Counted from the stretch's first letter, positions 1 through 13,261 are shown. The stretch: DNA of 64,000 nt from Dicyema japonicum (GCA_011109175.1 RDEW01000017.1:689855-753854); one strand, 5' to 3'. The notes: generated from the sequence alone by a model not told the origin. Program-made: numbers and translations.

Positions 1-3000
1 CACGCATTATTTCGTTTAGATGAAGTGGTCTAATAAAACTTTTCAATGTTTTCAGGATTTAGCAGAAAATCCAGAGCTTATAACTGAATCAACAAAACAT
101 TTACTAAAAGTTTCACTATTTGGAGAAAACGTACTAATAATTATTCATTAGCAGGAAATGACATCTTCACAAACACAACAATTTGTAGTTCGACGTCTTA
201 TCAAAGCATTAATTTCCCAGAGAATTGCACGACAAAGCTTTTCTGTAGCCTTAATAAATGTTATATTAATACCTTATGCTCAGATTTTGAGACTAAAAGA
301 CATTAAAGACGAAACCGTAATAAAAGTAGCTAAGGATTGTCTCTTAACAGTTTATCATACGAATAAAGACATTGAATGTATGAATACTGCGAAATTGTTT
401 TTTCTTTGGGCTCTAAAAGTTAGTGGACGATTAGAAAACGTAAAACTTATAAAAATTCTTTTTAGATGAGTCCATCAAATTACAACACATCCTTTTCTTT
501 AATCAATGGTGTAGATCAGTCATCACTCAGATTTGCAACTAGTCTTATATGTGAAAAAGACGAAAATTTAAGTTTTGATGAATATTTGAATCTCTGTTCT
601 ATCGATCACTTTTACCAACCAAATGTTGAAAAATTATCTGTTTTATTTTTGGAATTTTATGTCCTCTATCCGAATTTTAATGATGCTGAAGAAAATTGGA
701 CAAAATTTTTAACAAGTAGGCTAAGTAATTTTTAATTCAGAAATTTCGACTGATGGGAAAATTCTTGTAAAGTGGAGACATGTAGTTTATATTTTTCTTA
801 ACTCTGCTATTCAGTTGAAGAATTTGACCCAAGATAAGGTTGTTTATTAAGATCATTTTAGATGTTAATTTTATTCAACATAGAAACTGTAACCTTGNAT
901 CTGTTTTATTTTTGGAATTTTATGTCCTCCATCCGAATTTTAAGGATGTTGAAGAAAATTGGACAAAATTTTTAACAAGTAGGCTAAGTAATTTTTAATT
1001 CAGAAATTTCGACTGATGGGAAAATTCTTGTAAAGTGGAGACATGTAGTTTATATTTTTCTTAACTCTGCTATTCAGTTGAAGAATTTGACCCAAGATAA
1101 GGTTGTTTATTAAGATTATTTTAGATGTTAATTTTATTCAACATAGAAACTGTAACCTTGATTATTGAAGACATGACTAATTCTGATTTATCAAAGTCAG
1201 TTTTACCAGGTCAACTAGTTTGATTTGATTTTATATTAGATTTACAATTTACTCCATCATCAAAAATCTAAAGAATGGGATGATGAATTTTTCTTAAATC
1301 TAATTAAAAAGATTGTTTTCCTTAATTCTTCCATTCCGAAGACACTTCGTTTTTTTCTAAAAGATTTAATTATTGTGGTTGTAAAACATGTATAAAATTT
1401 ATCTAATTTGAAGATTGACCCTTCAGAACGTGTAAAAGTTGTTGAAGATTTAATAATTAAAAAAACCTATCCTACTGATTTTATGAAATTAATGAAATAT
1501 TTTTTGGCAGATGAGGAAATTTCTCTGGCTAGTCGTTCAGCTCTGTTACGAAAATTTCTCATCAGAGTTCATTTTTATCAAGTATTTTAATTTAATTACA
1601 TTTTCCAGAATACTGATAACTTCAGTATATTTGAAACTTTTGGACTGATTGAATGTCTCTTATATTCTACTAAGAAAATGGATGAAAATAAAAGAATTAT
1701 TCGATACTACAAAATCATTAAAAATATTATTCTTGGATTCAACGCTCAAATTCTGAATGGAAAGCACCCAATATTCATTGGAAAGAGTTTTAAGAGTAAA
1801 TTAGTTATTCTGGTAATTTTCGATTGGTAATTTAGAAATGGCTTGAGGCATGGGAAGCTTCTGAACAGATCCTATCCTATGATCCAGATGCAACGTCATC
1901 GCAATCTGAAAATTCACACAATACTAAGTTATGCATGATGTGTCTGTTAATGTTCTTTGTTGTTGGCAATAAAGAAATTATTGATATTCTTGGCGACTTC
2001 ATTAATGCACTGAGGCGGAATACTATTGAAGAGGATATACTATGTAATTATTCATTAGCATTTATAGTTGTTTATGTGTTTCGACATTTATTAATGTTTC
2101 CACTGTGTAATTCGGCAGCTTTTTGGAGATTTATAAAAACAGTAATATGTGTGTCCTCACAGTATGATGAGTTGTTGAGTTCTTACTCAGCTGAATTTAT
2201 TTTGTCGGTACTGACAACCACTTTAACATTAAGGCGTTAGAGGAATATAATGGTTGTGATTCCAGCTCAGAGGGAGAATCTTCATCAAAAGAAACAGAAT
2301 TTACGTCAAATTATGATTCCGATTTAGAACCTGAAAATTTGATATCTGATGAGGAGGTAAACTTTGCTTTTTTTATTTAAGAATTTTGAAGAAAGTGAGG
2401 ATTATGACATGAAATTGTCTACAATCGTTAATAAAGCTAAAAATACAGTTGAAATCGACGACATTCAGAAACGACTGAGGTTTTTTGCTGATTTATTTTT
2501 AGATTATTTAGACTTTTAGAAGTTTTGCTTTTACAATGTCCGCGCTGCTGGGTTCGCCTTATTTATTAATTTTTAGACTTGGAATATTGTCCATAAATTA
2601 TGTGATCTGATTAAAAACGAAGAAAATTTGGAAATTGTTAAAATTATTTTGTCAATTCTTAATTTCTTGGATTTTTCTATTGTATTTTTATTTTTTAATA
2701 ATTTGATTAATGGTGAAGGAGATCATGATTCATTTATATCAAAATCTTTTCGTAGTGTATTAACTTCCTCTAGAAGACTTACTCAATGTATTCATTTTAT
2801 CAATTTTAGCTGACAATACAAGTGTTTTAAAATTGTTACGAAAATTTGTAATTCAAAGTATTTTAAGTTTTATAGATCACATTTGCTTCTAAATCAGATT
2901 TGATTGTATCAATAGATGATGCTATTCGTGATGAAATTATACATAATCTTAAAGGAAAGTAAATTTTGAATATTTTATGTTAGAAACTTTGAATTCATTT

Positions 3001-3667
3001 TAATCCAAAGAATATTGACAGAATACTCCAATACTCTCCAAAAATGTCCTGATTCTCTGATTAATATTATGAAAAAATCTACAAAACCGTTTATTAAGGT
3101 TGTTAATGGAAGTAAATAAATAGATTAAGGTTTTAGCTTTGTTGCGTTGTTTTTTGCATCGTGATTTGGTATTTACGGTTATTTTATTTAGTTTACTTGC
3201 GGAATGACCAATTTCAGTGAATCTTTTATTGGTAAGTTACAGGAAATGTGTATTAATGTATGGTTTTATTTTTATTCTTTTTAGGAACTCTTAAAGATAT
3301 CTGAATTATATGAAAATGGGAAATTTAAGGTTGAATCTAGTTTAGTAGAGAATTTGCTAAATATTATTTATAAATCCCACACTTTATATCCAGATTTTAT
3401 TTCTAAAGTAATCTTGTTTTTTTTATTTACAGGAATTAATAAAACCCATGAAAGATATTCTGCCGCGTGTAAAGCAGTTTCGTGCATTTCGCAAAAACAA
3501 CAGTATATGGAAGAAATGTAAATCGCTTATGCATCGTTTTGAAAGGTTATAAAATAAATCCTTATGTTAGAAAAGACAAAGAATCTTTCGAATTCAATGC
3601 AATTGAATCCAAAAAACGTCGATCTGATGTATCCGCTAGTCCTTGCTGTAAAAAGATTTGCTTATAA
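1..3667 (+). CDS. MYBBP1A / DNA polymerase phi (Pol5)-like nucleolar protein; multi-exon, 5' end probably outside the window
   Basis: Spliced N-terminus DLAENPELITESTKHLLK...FVVRRLIKALISQRIARQSFSVALIN resembles the MYBBP1A/Pol5 motif YALKRLIxGL...ARxxFSLAL. Central acidic stretch at ~2270-2420 and basic C-terminal tail KKRRSDV...KKICL* ending at 3667. Many 23-30 nt GT-AG introns. Confidence 0.55.
636..1160. repeat. 262-bp direct duplication (636-897 / 899-1160) joined by an N; likely assembly overlap of haplotypes
   Basis: Near-identical copies separated by the single 'n' at 898, with a few SNPs between them. Confidence 0.85.
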
Positions 3668-3950
3668 CTTTGTATTTTTGACATATATGATTTTGTTTTT
3701 TGTCGAAAAACTTATTCAGTGGAAATAAAAAAAATTCGAATTGTAAGTGTCTGTCATTCTTTTAAAATTGGGAATGCAATCGCCATAATTCAGAGATTAA
3801 TGGATATGTTCTTCTTAGCGCCTGGAATAATTATTGTCAGAGGCAGTAGTCAATTTCTCTTAGCAGTTGATGCTCTGTTCAATAAGCTTGTTAATTTGAA
3901 CAAAATTTTCTTAATATTCACATAAACCATGACTAAATATTAATAGAAGC

Positions 3951-4750
3951 TTAGTCATAATAATCAACAAATCTCAATTTAAATAATTGTAAAATAGGAT
4001 CAGACTCATTTCCAACGCCATATTTACAGAGATTGAGTTCAGCATAATCATCACAAAACGTTGAAATTGGAACGATTTCGGCAGCCAAATTCCAGCGTTT
4101 TAAAAGTGGAATTAAAGACCAATCAATACTAAGAAAATTTAAAAATAAAATACCAACGAACTTGATAGACAATCCAAGCTTCACATTTACTGGAAGTTCT
4201 CATTATAAATTCTATTGTGCATAAAAGATTATCGAAATCATTTATGTTATAAAAACAATCCGCGGACAATATTAAATCATAATCTTCCATTAATTCAGAA
4301 TTGAAATCTTCGAAACATCCCCATCGAAGTTTATGAGTTGTTACATAATTTTCCAGGTTATTTTCTTTTAAATTAATCTCACAAGAAGAAATATTCAAAT
4401 CAGTCGCATTTACTAAGCTCGGAGACAAACGAGCTGCAGTCATCGACACGAGACCAACTCCACAACCAATCTAATATGTATTATTTGAATGTTGATTTTA
4501 ATTCGGTGTAGTATTACCGAAATGACAATGTATTAATTTTAAATGACATTAATTAACCTCAATAATTTTAGACCCGATTATTCTATGTTTACAATGACAC
4601 AGGTAAATGGACAACAGAATAGCAGAAGGCCAAACAAACTCTGAATATTTGCCATTTTCCACCTAAGAATAAATTCATATAATTTAATACCTCTTTTATT
4701 CTTACTTCGTCGATAAATTCTGAAAATTTGAAAACTTTTAAATCATCCAT
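3951..4750 (-). CDS. METTL23: METTL23-like class I SAM-dependent protein methyltransferase
   Basis: ATG at 4750. Spliced motifs YSEFVWPSAILLSIYL, IIE|IGCGVG, KLRWG, YDLILSADCFY and YQVR|SIDWSLIPLLKRW match the METTL23 subfamily. Confidence 0.85.
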
Positions 4751-4856
4751 ACGTCAAACAAAAATCACAGCCATATAATCATGATTTTCTATTTTAAATA
4801 AATAATTATTTAATATTTTAATAAAATAGTGAATAAAAAATCAACATGGATCGACT

Positions 4857-5905
4857 ATTTTTGGTTTTAATAGTAATAACATGGATCCTACTCGAGTGGT
4901 TTAATGAAAATCGGATATCAACACCGAAAAATATGTTACAACTCTCTATACCTCGGACAAAAGATTGTCGAACAGGACAATAGAAGTTACTGCGGAGGGA
5001 AGAGGATTTCCTTTCAGCATATAACAAAAAATATTGGGTCTAACTTTCGATACGCATATGAACTTTTCGAGACGTCACTAACGTGCTGAACAAATGTGAA
5101 AGAAAATCAACCTTCTGAAATGCCTAACAGTTATATGGAAAATTGGACATCACTCTATACTTAAGACGCTCTATTCACAGTACATCGAACCATGCATTTC
5201 ATATGCGTGTACTTCATGGGGACCATTGGCCTCCTATACGAACATCCAGAAAATCTCCGCAACCCAGAAAAGGGCCTTCAAACTAACTGAGAGATGGGAT
5301 ACAGGAGGAAAACATCAAAGCACCTGACACACATCGAAAAAACAAAAATGGACACCAATGTAAACCTCGCAATAAAAGTGTTGCTAAAGGAAGTGATGTT
5401 ACCAGGAAGATCGGTGACAATAAAGATTCGACCAAGCTAACTCGAATAGGATATAATCCGATCACTCCTAGGAATACGCCCTTTGATATTAGAATGCAGA
5501 CTGATGAAGCACCAGTGTACTTTGTTGACAGTTGATCCCAAACACAGTCAGTAAATCAACCAGCGAATCCAAATGATCAGAATGGACGAGAATAAGCCAC
5601 GGTAGACAGAAATATTCAAGAAGAGGAATTTTATAATAATATTGTTGAACAATTATCAAAAATGTTAAAAACATGACAAGAACGAAGAAGGATGCCAAGT
5701 TTTTACTTGGCCTGGCGGCGCTCTTAAGAAGAGAGGACAGCCACCAAATAAATCAGATACAACCAGGATTACCCTGGTTAATGCCCGCTCTCTAGGAAGC
5801 GGGCTGCGGAGCTGGTTGCCCTTACCAGCGCTGTTGAGAGGGATGCATTAATTATTAATAAAACAAAGATGAAAAAAACCTGGAATTATTAATATCCCGG
5901 GTTAT
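4857..5905 (+). mobile_element. Chimeric LINE-derived cassette: 3' part of an APE-type LINE RT, other fragments and a hairpin-rich segment
   Basis: Frameshifted KILGLTFDTHMNF...LYSQYIEPCISYAC RT-thumb region. The same sequence occurs at 8819-9246 and, on the minus strand, at ~21770-22305. Confidence 0.7.
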
Positions 5906-5919
5906 AATTCGATTGATAT

Positions 5920-7330
5920 TCCATGGCGTCCCGGTGCCATAACTGGTACAGGCACCTCTATTTTCTACAAAAAGAGTATTAAAACGCGATTGCCAATAAT
6001 TATAGAAGAGAATTGGATAAAAATATTGGATAAAATTGGATAACAATTGGTGGAATTTACTCCAAAAGATAAAGGAATTATTCAAGGATTATAAAAGATT
6101 TTTTCGCTAATAATGAAAACCCAATCTTTGTGGAAGAATGTATTGCAAAAAATTGCATATGGTTGTGTGAAAACTAATTCTGACGGCAAATGTTTATTGG
6201 AAATAATGGAATCAGAAAATTTAGAAGTTTTTTCTAACAACGGAGTGCTAATAGATTGGGTACTTTCGTTATGCAAGAAAACCTCGATTTATTAAGCGGA
6301 TTGCCCTATGTCGAATATGATATAGGGAGTGATCACTTACCTCAAACTTTGGAGCTGTGAACTGGACCCGTTATTGAAGAAAAATATTTCTTATATAATA
6401 TCAACAGAATTGATGGGCTCATTTAATTCTTATATTTCTATGAAGTTGATAATATTCGAAATTGAAAATTTTAAATCATGTGGATATCGATAGTTTGGAT
6501 GTAAAATAAGATGTGTTATTTAAACAATCTTGATTATTATAGAAAGAAAAGATTTCTTTCTCCGCATAGAAATAAATTTAATAAATGGGGATCAATGTCG
6601 TTTTCTTCGTGAAATGAGAAATTTGGAAGGAAAATTGAAACGATGTTGGGATCCACAAGATTCTAACCATCTCAAAGAGAGGATCAAGTCTATAAAGAGA
6701 GTATTGATCGAAGTATCAAAAAGTATTGAAGAAGATAGATGGAGGAGAGAATGCTCCAAATTCTATCGTAATAATCCTAAATTCTGAAAACTTTTTCGAA
6801 AATGAATTCTGAAGAGATAAATCTCAAGTCTCGTGACGGCTCTCGGATCCGAAAGAAAAAGTTAAGACAACAGCTCGCAGAGGTACAAGAATTGGATTCT
6901 CTTAATTATTCCCCGAGGCATACAAACTAGTTTTCTTGAAGAGGAGCCAGTTTTTTGTACGGATGATCCCGAAGAAGGGAAAATCTAATTTAAATCCAGA
7001 AAACTATAGGTCAATAAGCCTGATATGCAGCATCTAAAAAATCATTGAAAATTTTATTTTTAACAGATTATCAAAGTATATTGAAGATAACAAATTTTTT
7101 CTCGATGATCAGTGGGGTTTTCGCCTCACTATAAGGACTGGAGATTGTTTCTCATATTTATCAAATTTTACATGTGTTGCTAAGAAGAATATAGAATGTC
7201 TTACGGCCGTACGTCTAGACATATCAAAAGCTGTCGATAGCGTTTGGCATGCTGGGTTGTTAAAGACTCTGTCAAATTTTAATGTTGGGAGCAAGGCACT
7301 AGCTTGTTTGGTGCAAGGGTTCAATAATTC
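5920..7330 (+). mobile_element. Degenerate APE-RT non-LTR retrotransposon fragment
   Basis: APE motifs GKCLLEIMESENL and GSDHLP; RT motifs NPENYRSISL, DQWGFR and LDISKAVDSVWHAGLL; many stops and frameshifts. Confidence 0.75.
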
Positions 7331-7699
7331 GAAGAGGAGGTTTCGTTATACCACACCCCATCAACTAGGACAAACTCATTGACTTCTTCCTGTTTAATTA
7401 GTTTTTAATTAGAAACGAATTTGTTATGTTAATAAAATCTATCTATCTAAATTTTATGTCAGCAAGAAATGAATAATTCATCAAAAAGTCAGACTACAAA
7501 TTTATGGCATTTGAAAAAGATAATTTGAAAGAAATCAACGAAAACATTGTCATATGGCAAAGCTTCTAAAAATCAACAAAAAGTAAAAATATCCCATTTT
7601 ATTTTGAAAAAAAATTTCAAAAAGGCAAATCAAGTTTAATTAGGAAACCAAGTGTATTTTTATTTATTTCAGCTGTATGTAAAATAAATTTATTCAATT

Positions 7700-8255
7700 T
7701 TCGATGCGAAAGGATTGCACCCGCTGTCCTGCAGAAGAAGCGCCGGAAGGGGACCACGTCATGCTGCTCTGAATGATGTGATCGTCAGAGCTCTGAAGGT
7801 TTCAGGCTTCCCAGGACAGCTTGAACCAGTGGGTCTTGATCGAGGAGATGGGAAGAGACCTGACGGGATGACCCTTTTCCCCTTCACGTCTGGAAGATCT
7901 TTGGTCTGGGACGCAACTTGCATAGACACGTTCTCAATCACGAACATTTTTAAATCGGTTCAGACACCTGGAGCAGCTGCTTCGACTGCGAAAAACCTAA
8001 AAATCAAGAAATATTCTTGCCTCGGGTATCGCTACCGATTTACTCTTGTTGCGACCGAATCATCGGGAGCCGTTGGTCCAATGACGGCTGAATTCTTGCA
8101 AGAACTCGGAGGATTGCTTGCCAGAAAGAAAAGGGATCAACGAGAAGGGTTATGGCTAAGACAAAAGATAGGAATAGCCATACTCCGAGGGAACTCGTTC
8201 GCAATCCACGCAGCAGGCTTCCTCAACTGACATTTGTTTAATTGTTAAAAAAAAT
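7700..8255 (+). mobile_element. 5'-truncated CRE-like (RLE) retrotransposon, near-identical to 62359-62910
   Basis: HPLSCRR...RHAALND...DGKRPDG...VWDATC...ILRGN restriction-like endonuclease domain with an A-rich tail. Confidence 0.9.
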
Positions 8256-8376
8256 TATTTAAATAAACTGAAATTCTCAAATTTTTTTTACTAATTGAAT
8301 TAACATAAAGATTAAGATTTTGAATTTTATCTAAATTAGTCACTTTTCATTTTTCGTCTTTGTTTTTTGAAAAAGA

Positions 8377-9659
8377 CACATGAACATACACATGAAAGTC
8401 GGTGTAAGAGAAGGAGAGAAAATAATCTGTTTGAGTTTAATCGCAGATTGTTTTACCGTCGCCTACACGAAAATGGCCATAGTGTATGTTGCCAACAGGA
8501 CGCGGAAATGCTTTCCACATGGGTAGTATGTGGGAGGCTAAACCAATCAGAGGAAATGCGTGGAATGTCCCTTACAGCGCCGCTCCTTTCTTGGCGGAAT
8601 CTTGCGGAATTTTCGATTTTCGCAAAAATTTGAGGCGGTTGTGAGACATCTCCCTAATTTGAAAACGACCGGGGTCGATAAAGTTTATAATTTCTTTATC
8701 AAAAGATGCACTTCATTGCACGAGTCTATGTGTCGTGTATTACAGAAAAGCATCACTAACCCGGAAACGATTCCTGATTGGGCATTCACAGGGACAACTT
8801 ATTTGATCCCAAAGCTGGATTTTTGGTTTTAATAATAATAACATGGATCCTACTCAAGTGGTTTAATGAAAATCGGATATCAACACCGAAAAATCTGTTA
8901 CAACTCTCTATACCTCGGAAAAAAGATTGTCGAACAGGACATAGAAGTTACTGCGGAGGGAAGAGGATTGCCTTTCAGCAAATGGCAAAAAATATTGGGT
9001 CTAACTTTCGATACGCATATGAACTTTTCGAGACACGTCACTAACGTGCTGAACAAATGTGAAAAGAATATCAACCTTCTGAAATGCCTAACAGTTATAT
9101 GGAAAATTAAACGCTCTACTCACAGTACATCGAACCATGCATTTCATATGCGTGTACTTCATGGAGACCATTGGCCTCCTATACGATGCATTAATTATTA
9201 ATAAAACGAAGATGAAAAAACCTGGAATTATTAATACCCGGGTTATTAATACGTCTCAAGACCGTTTGCAGACTGTGGAGGTGGAGAAAAAAAGGAAGTA
9301 TGACTTGCTTGCAAACGAGATGGGGCAGATGCTTGGTTGCAAGATCCTCGTTATTCCTATAATAATGACGTGGGAAGGAATTGCAACAAAGTACCACAAG
9401 GGTTATCTAAAGCAGTTGGGGGTAGATAGGAAGCTTCTTGCTTATCTACAGTTTACTGTGTTAAAGCCGACCATATATAACCTGACATTGTAGTATAGGA
9501 AGCAGAACCCTGAGATGCCATATGGGCAGAGGGTTCAATTGGACAAGGGTCTCTCGGAGTTGTTTCAACAACCAGAATCGAACCTGCCTGAGGAGGCTGG
9601 CGAACAAGCAGGCGAGGAAGGTTGTTGATAATTAAATATATTAACTTTTTTATTGTTGG
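8377..9659 (+). mobile_element. R4/Dong-like RLE retrotransposon; most of the RT is replaced by an inserted cassette (8819-9246); flanked by a ~115-bp direct repeat
   Basis: RRENNLFEFNRRLFYRRL; LPNLKTTGVDKVYNFFIKRCTSLH...PDWAFTGTTYLIPK; C-terminal TSQDRLQTVEVEKKRKYDLLANE...IPIIMTWEGIATKYH. Confidence 0.8.
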
Positions 9660-10419
9660 TTAAATAAAACTGAAATTCTCAAATTTTGTTTACTAATTGA
9701 ATTAACATAAAGATTAAAATTTTGAAATTTATCTAAATTAGTTACTTTTCATTTTTCGTCTTTGTTGAAAAAGAAGAGAAAAAAGATAGATGACCTTCGT
9801 AATTTCTTTATTGGATACCCCGACAAAGTGATGCTATTAACTATCCTCACGAGATCGAATCTGACCTACATAAGTGCTTGATTACAAACCCAAAATTTGA
9901 CTCAACTGCTCTTTCTATTCAAGTTCTTTTACTTTAACAATTTCCATTCGGAAAAGGCTACTGACAGTGGCTTTAATCATGGGACTGTCCAAACTATGTC
10001 CTCGACCATTCTGAATTACCAAATATCCCATACTCTGCCTGACACTAGATGAAAAGTGATTTTCTTTCTTAACCGTAATGTTATAAACATCCGCCAACTC
10101 GATGACTATATTTAACAATTTTTGATTCTTTTTTTCCTAGTTATATTAAATTTTTGACTAAATATTCATAGAAACTGTCAAATTCTTCAGTGATAGAATA
10201 AATATCCATAAAATAAGCATTTTTAATTAAATATAACTATCCTAGTTGTCCTAATGAACTTTTCTCACTAACTGGCTTATTTTCATTATGGCTAAATGAA
10301 GTCTTAGAATAACCACTCCAAACATGTTTCATCATCTAAAATCACATTATTATTAAAGCAACATACGTAAAATATTAATAGCTATAATTTTACCCGCCCG
10401 GTGTTAGAAACAATCAAGC

Positions 10420-10680
10420 TAAGTGGTTCCACCTTCAACGGTCGTGCAGAATCTCTTTCAAGTCGTCCAAATTTTCTCCACATTTCATTTTTCTTTGACG
10501 TACTTAAATACAGCATCGCGTATACCAGGAAGTGTGACTCGTTATCGTTCACCCAGTCTCAACAAAGTACTCCTCCATTACTGTATTAGCGGAGGTCTCT
10601 CATGTTTTCTTCAACTCAAATGGTCTGTTTAACCAAAGTTTCTTCCAGTACGCTATCATTGTGTAAATGCAACTAATTGT
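10420..10680 (-). mobile_element. Decayed RTE-like 3' fragment
   Basis: TSANTVMEEYFV resembles TPANIAMEEYFV of the RTE element at 40069-40407. Confidence 0.45.
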
Positions 10681-10799
10681 GTCTTTTTATCTTGACCACT
10701 GCGAATTTACTTTCCCCCTATATCCGCCTCCCAACCCCACGAGGAAACATTCCCTTCCAATGAGAAAAACTTGTTATATATTCAAAAAATTCAAAAGAC

Positions 10800-11885
10800 A
10801 AGAAGAATCCCGATACTAAGCAGGATCTTTTTAAAGTTGTTGCTTCTTGCTTCGCCCTATTTATTGGCGCTCAATCCTGCGGATGAACAACCATAGATGA
10901 ATTTTATTCTTATGCTCTTTTCGCCTCTGGTTATCGGACGATTTAGTGGTTAAAAAAGATGCTACCACTCTCAAAGCGTATGGGTCATAAACTACTTGAA
11001 TGTGATACAAAGGCCGCCTTTCTTCTCTTCATCTCTGCCTAAACTCTGGTTATTCTCGACCCCAGAACGTTTGACTTGCTTAGGGCAAAGCATCCATGTT
11101 CAACGAACGACTTGCGGCCGTCCATTGCACTTGTAGTCTCGCCTCTGGTCTTCACTGAAAAATAGGTGAGGGCGAAATTGGAGCTTTTTGTCGCAGTAGT
11201 AAAGGAGTGGATGGTTTAACTTCCAAGTCACGTTAAGGATCTCACCTCCACTGCAACTAGTTGATCATTCTTGATGTTTTCTTCCGTGATGATAAGCTGA
11301 GAGGTGGTCTCTCTATAAAGGAAAAATATCTTGGATCGATGTAATGAACACTGAAGCTGTTTGAAGCCTGTGATGCGTCTTTTTCTTATAATAACTGTAT
11401 TCATATACTAAAGTTCAATTACAACTTTAGATGTTCCTTTGTTTTAGACATGCTGATATCCTAGGATCATTTAATTCTACTTCAAGTCTTCGACAAAGGA
11501 AATCTAGACATCTAATTAGAGGGCACGAGTTGGTCTTAATATCAACTTCCGATTATTATGATGGTAGTTGCGGATGTTATATTTCCTGCCTATTTCTTTT
11601 CATATGCTTCAAGGTACTGCCTCACAACTGAGATCTTATATAACTCAACTAGATTTCCCTTCGATGAGGCTATAACTAAATTTTGGACTCTGGGAGAGAT
11701 TAGGTTTTGACTTTCCATAGGGTAAAATGTATCAAAAATTGTTGGATTAGGTTCCTTAGAAGTCTTCCCTTAAGAGGCACATGCTTTATATGGCATGATT
11801 GGTTGCAAGAACTGGGATCACCTAACTAGTTGACATTTCTTTTGTCTTTCTTTCTCGGTGGTCCCCGGGTTAATAAATAAAAAAT
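10800..11885 (+). mobile_element. Decayed CRE-like fragment (~10800-11270) followed by the 3' end of a GIT-hairpin LINE (~11290-11885)
   Basis: LLRAKHP and GVDGL..HVKDL CRE motifs; the ORF remnant ends RTGIT* in a terminal hairpin at 11812-11868. Confidence 0.55.
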
Positions 11886-11983
11886 GTTTTTCCCTTAAAA
11901 TGTTAAAAAACATAAAATCTAGATATGCGAAAAAAATAATTAAAAAAACTTAAGAACCATAAATTTTATATTAAACAAAAACA

Positions 11984-13261
11984 TTAAATCTCTCCAAAGT
12001 AGATTGTCCGATCACTTGATACAGATGAGACTAAAAATCAAATTAAAAGTCAACGAATTGGTTCATGAGGATGAAAATCAGTTTCATTGACCGATCCAAG
12101 ATGACCAGGTAGTTTATACAAAATCTTAGTAGTTGTAGTATCCCATACATATACAAACTGATCTGAAGATCCAGCACTAACCATAGAACCGTCAGGAGAC
12201 CAGGAAGCCCTCAAAAGGAACTAAATTATTAAATAATGACAAACTCGTTCATGATCATGACTTAGACCGTAAAATATTTTACAACAACGATTAGTTTGAG
12301 TCACAAATGGACGAATATCCCAAATACGAACTAATTAAAAATTAAAGCCCAACCAATTTTGTCCATAGCATTTGAAAGAAGGTAAGAACCTTCTGGACTC
12401 AGTTCAAGTCCAGTTATAGTGTCAGTATGGGCAGATAGCTTGCAAGAAACGACTTCATTTCGTAAATCCCAAATCAGTTTTAAAAAATATAATCAACTTT
12501 TATATCATTGTCTATTCCACCAGAAATTACAGTCTCTTGGTTGTCAGCAAAAGTGACAGCTGTTACTTGATAGTGATTGCTGAGGGACTTAACTGCATTC
12601 TTCTTTCGAATGTCCCAAATCTAAACAGAAATACTATAAATATTATACTTTAATTTCTCCGTCGTCTCCACCAGAACAGATTAAACCGGGACCTTTCCGT
12701 AAAGGATTGCAGGAATTTACAAAATTGGTATGTCCTTTTTTCTTGGCAATTCGGGTAGTCCTTTCCAAATCCCAAATGCCCATAGTTCTGTCGGTTGAGG
12801 CTGTACATAACTGACTAAAATTTAATAATAAAACAAAAATAAAAAATTATTTAAAAAATCCAGATTAAGTGGAAAATATGAAAATCGTAAAATCATATAA
12901 AAAGTAAAACATACGATCCATCGGAAGAAATGTGCAAATCTAGAACAGATCCAGTGTGTCCACCCATAGAATAAAAATTTTCACATTCTCCGACAGTATT
13001 CCATAATCCTTAAATACAGTGACTTGACTAACTTATAACTCGGTCCATTCCAGCAGATGCAAATAAATTGCCAATTGGCGAAAACTTCCCACATAAAATA
13101 GCACGTGAATGACCTGATAATTGCATTATTGGACCTTGCAAGCTTGATTTTCGTGCAATCTATATTGTTAATTACTATAAACATACTGAATCCATTTTTT
13201 GTATTTTACAGGAAGATAAATCGACCAATTCATCACCTTTTCTTTTTGCAACTAAAGCCAT
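11984..13261 (-). CDS. SNRNP40: U5 snRNP 40 kDa WD40 protein
   Basis: ATG at 13261 (MALVAKRK). WD40 repeats with LSNAMD, IWDIRPFV, LLRASWSPDG, YKLPGHLGSVNETDFH and SDRTIYFGEI*. Introns mostly 24-30 nt. Confidence 0.92.

Noticed and set aside
636-1160. Tandem exon duplication in the MYBBP1A-like gene
   Set aside because: The copies meet exactly at an 'n' (898), the typical sign of a scaffolding overlap or haplotype duplication.
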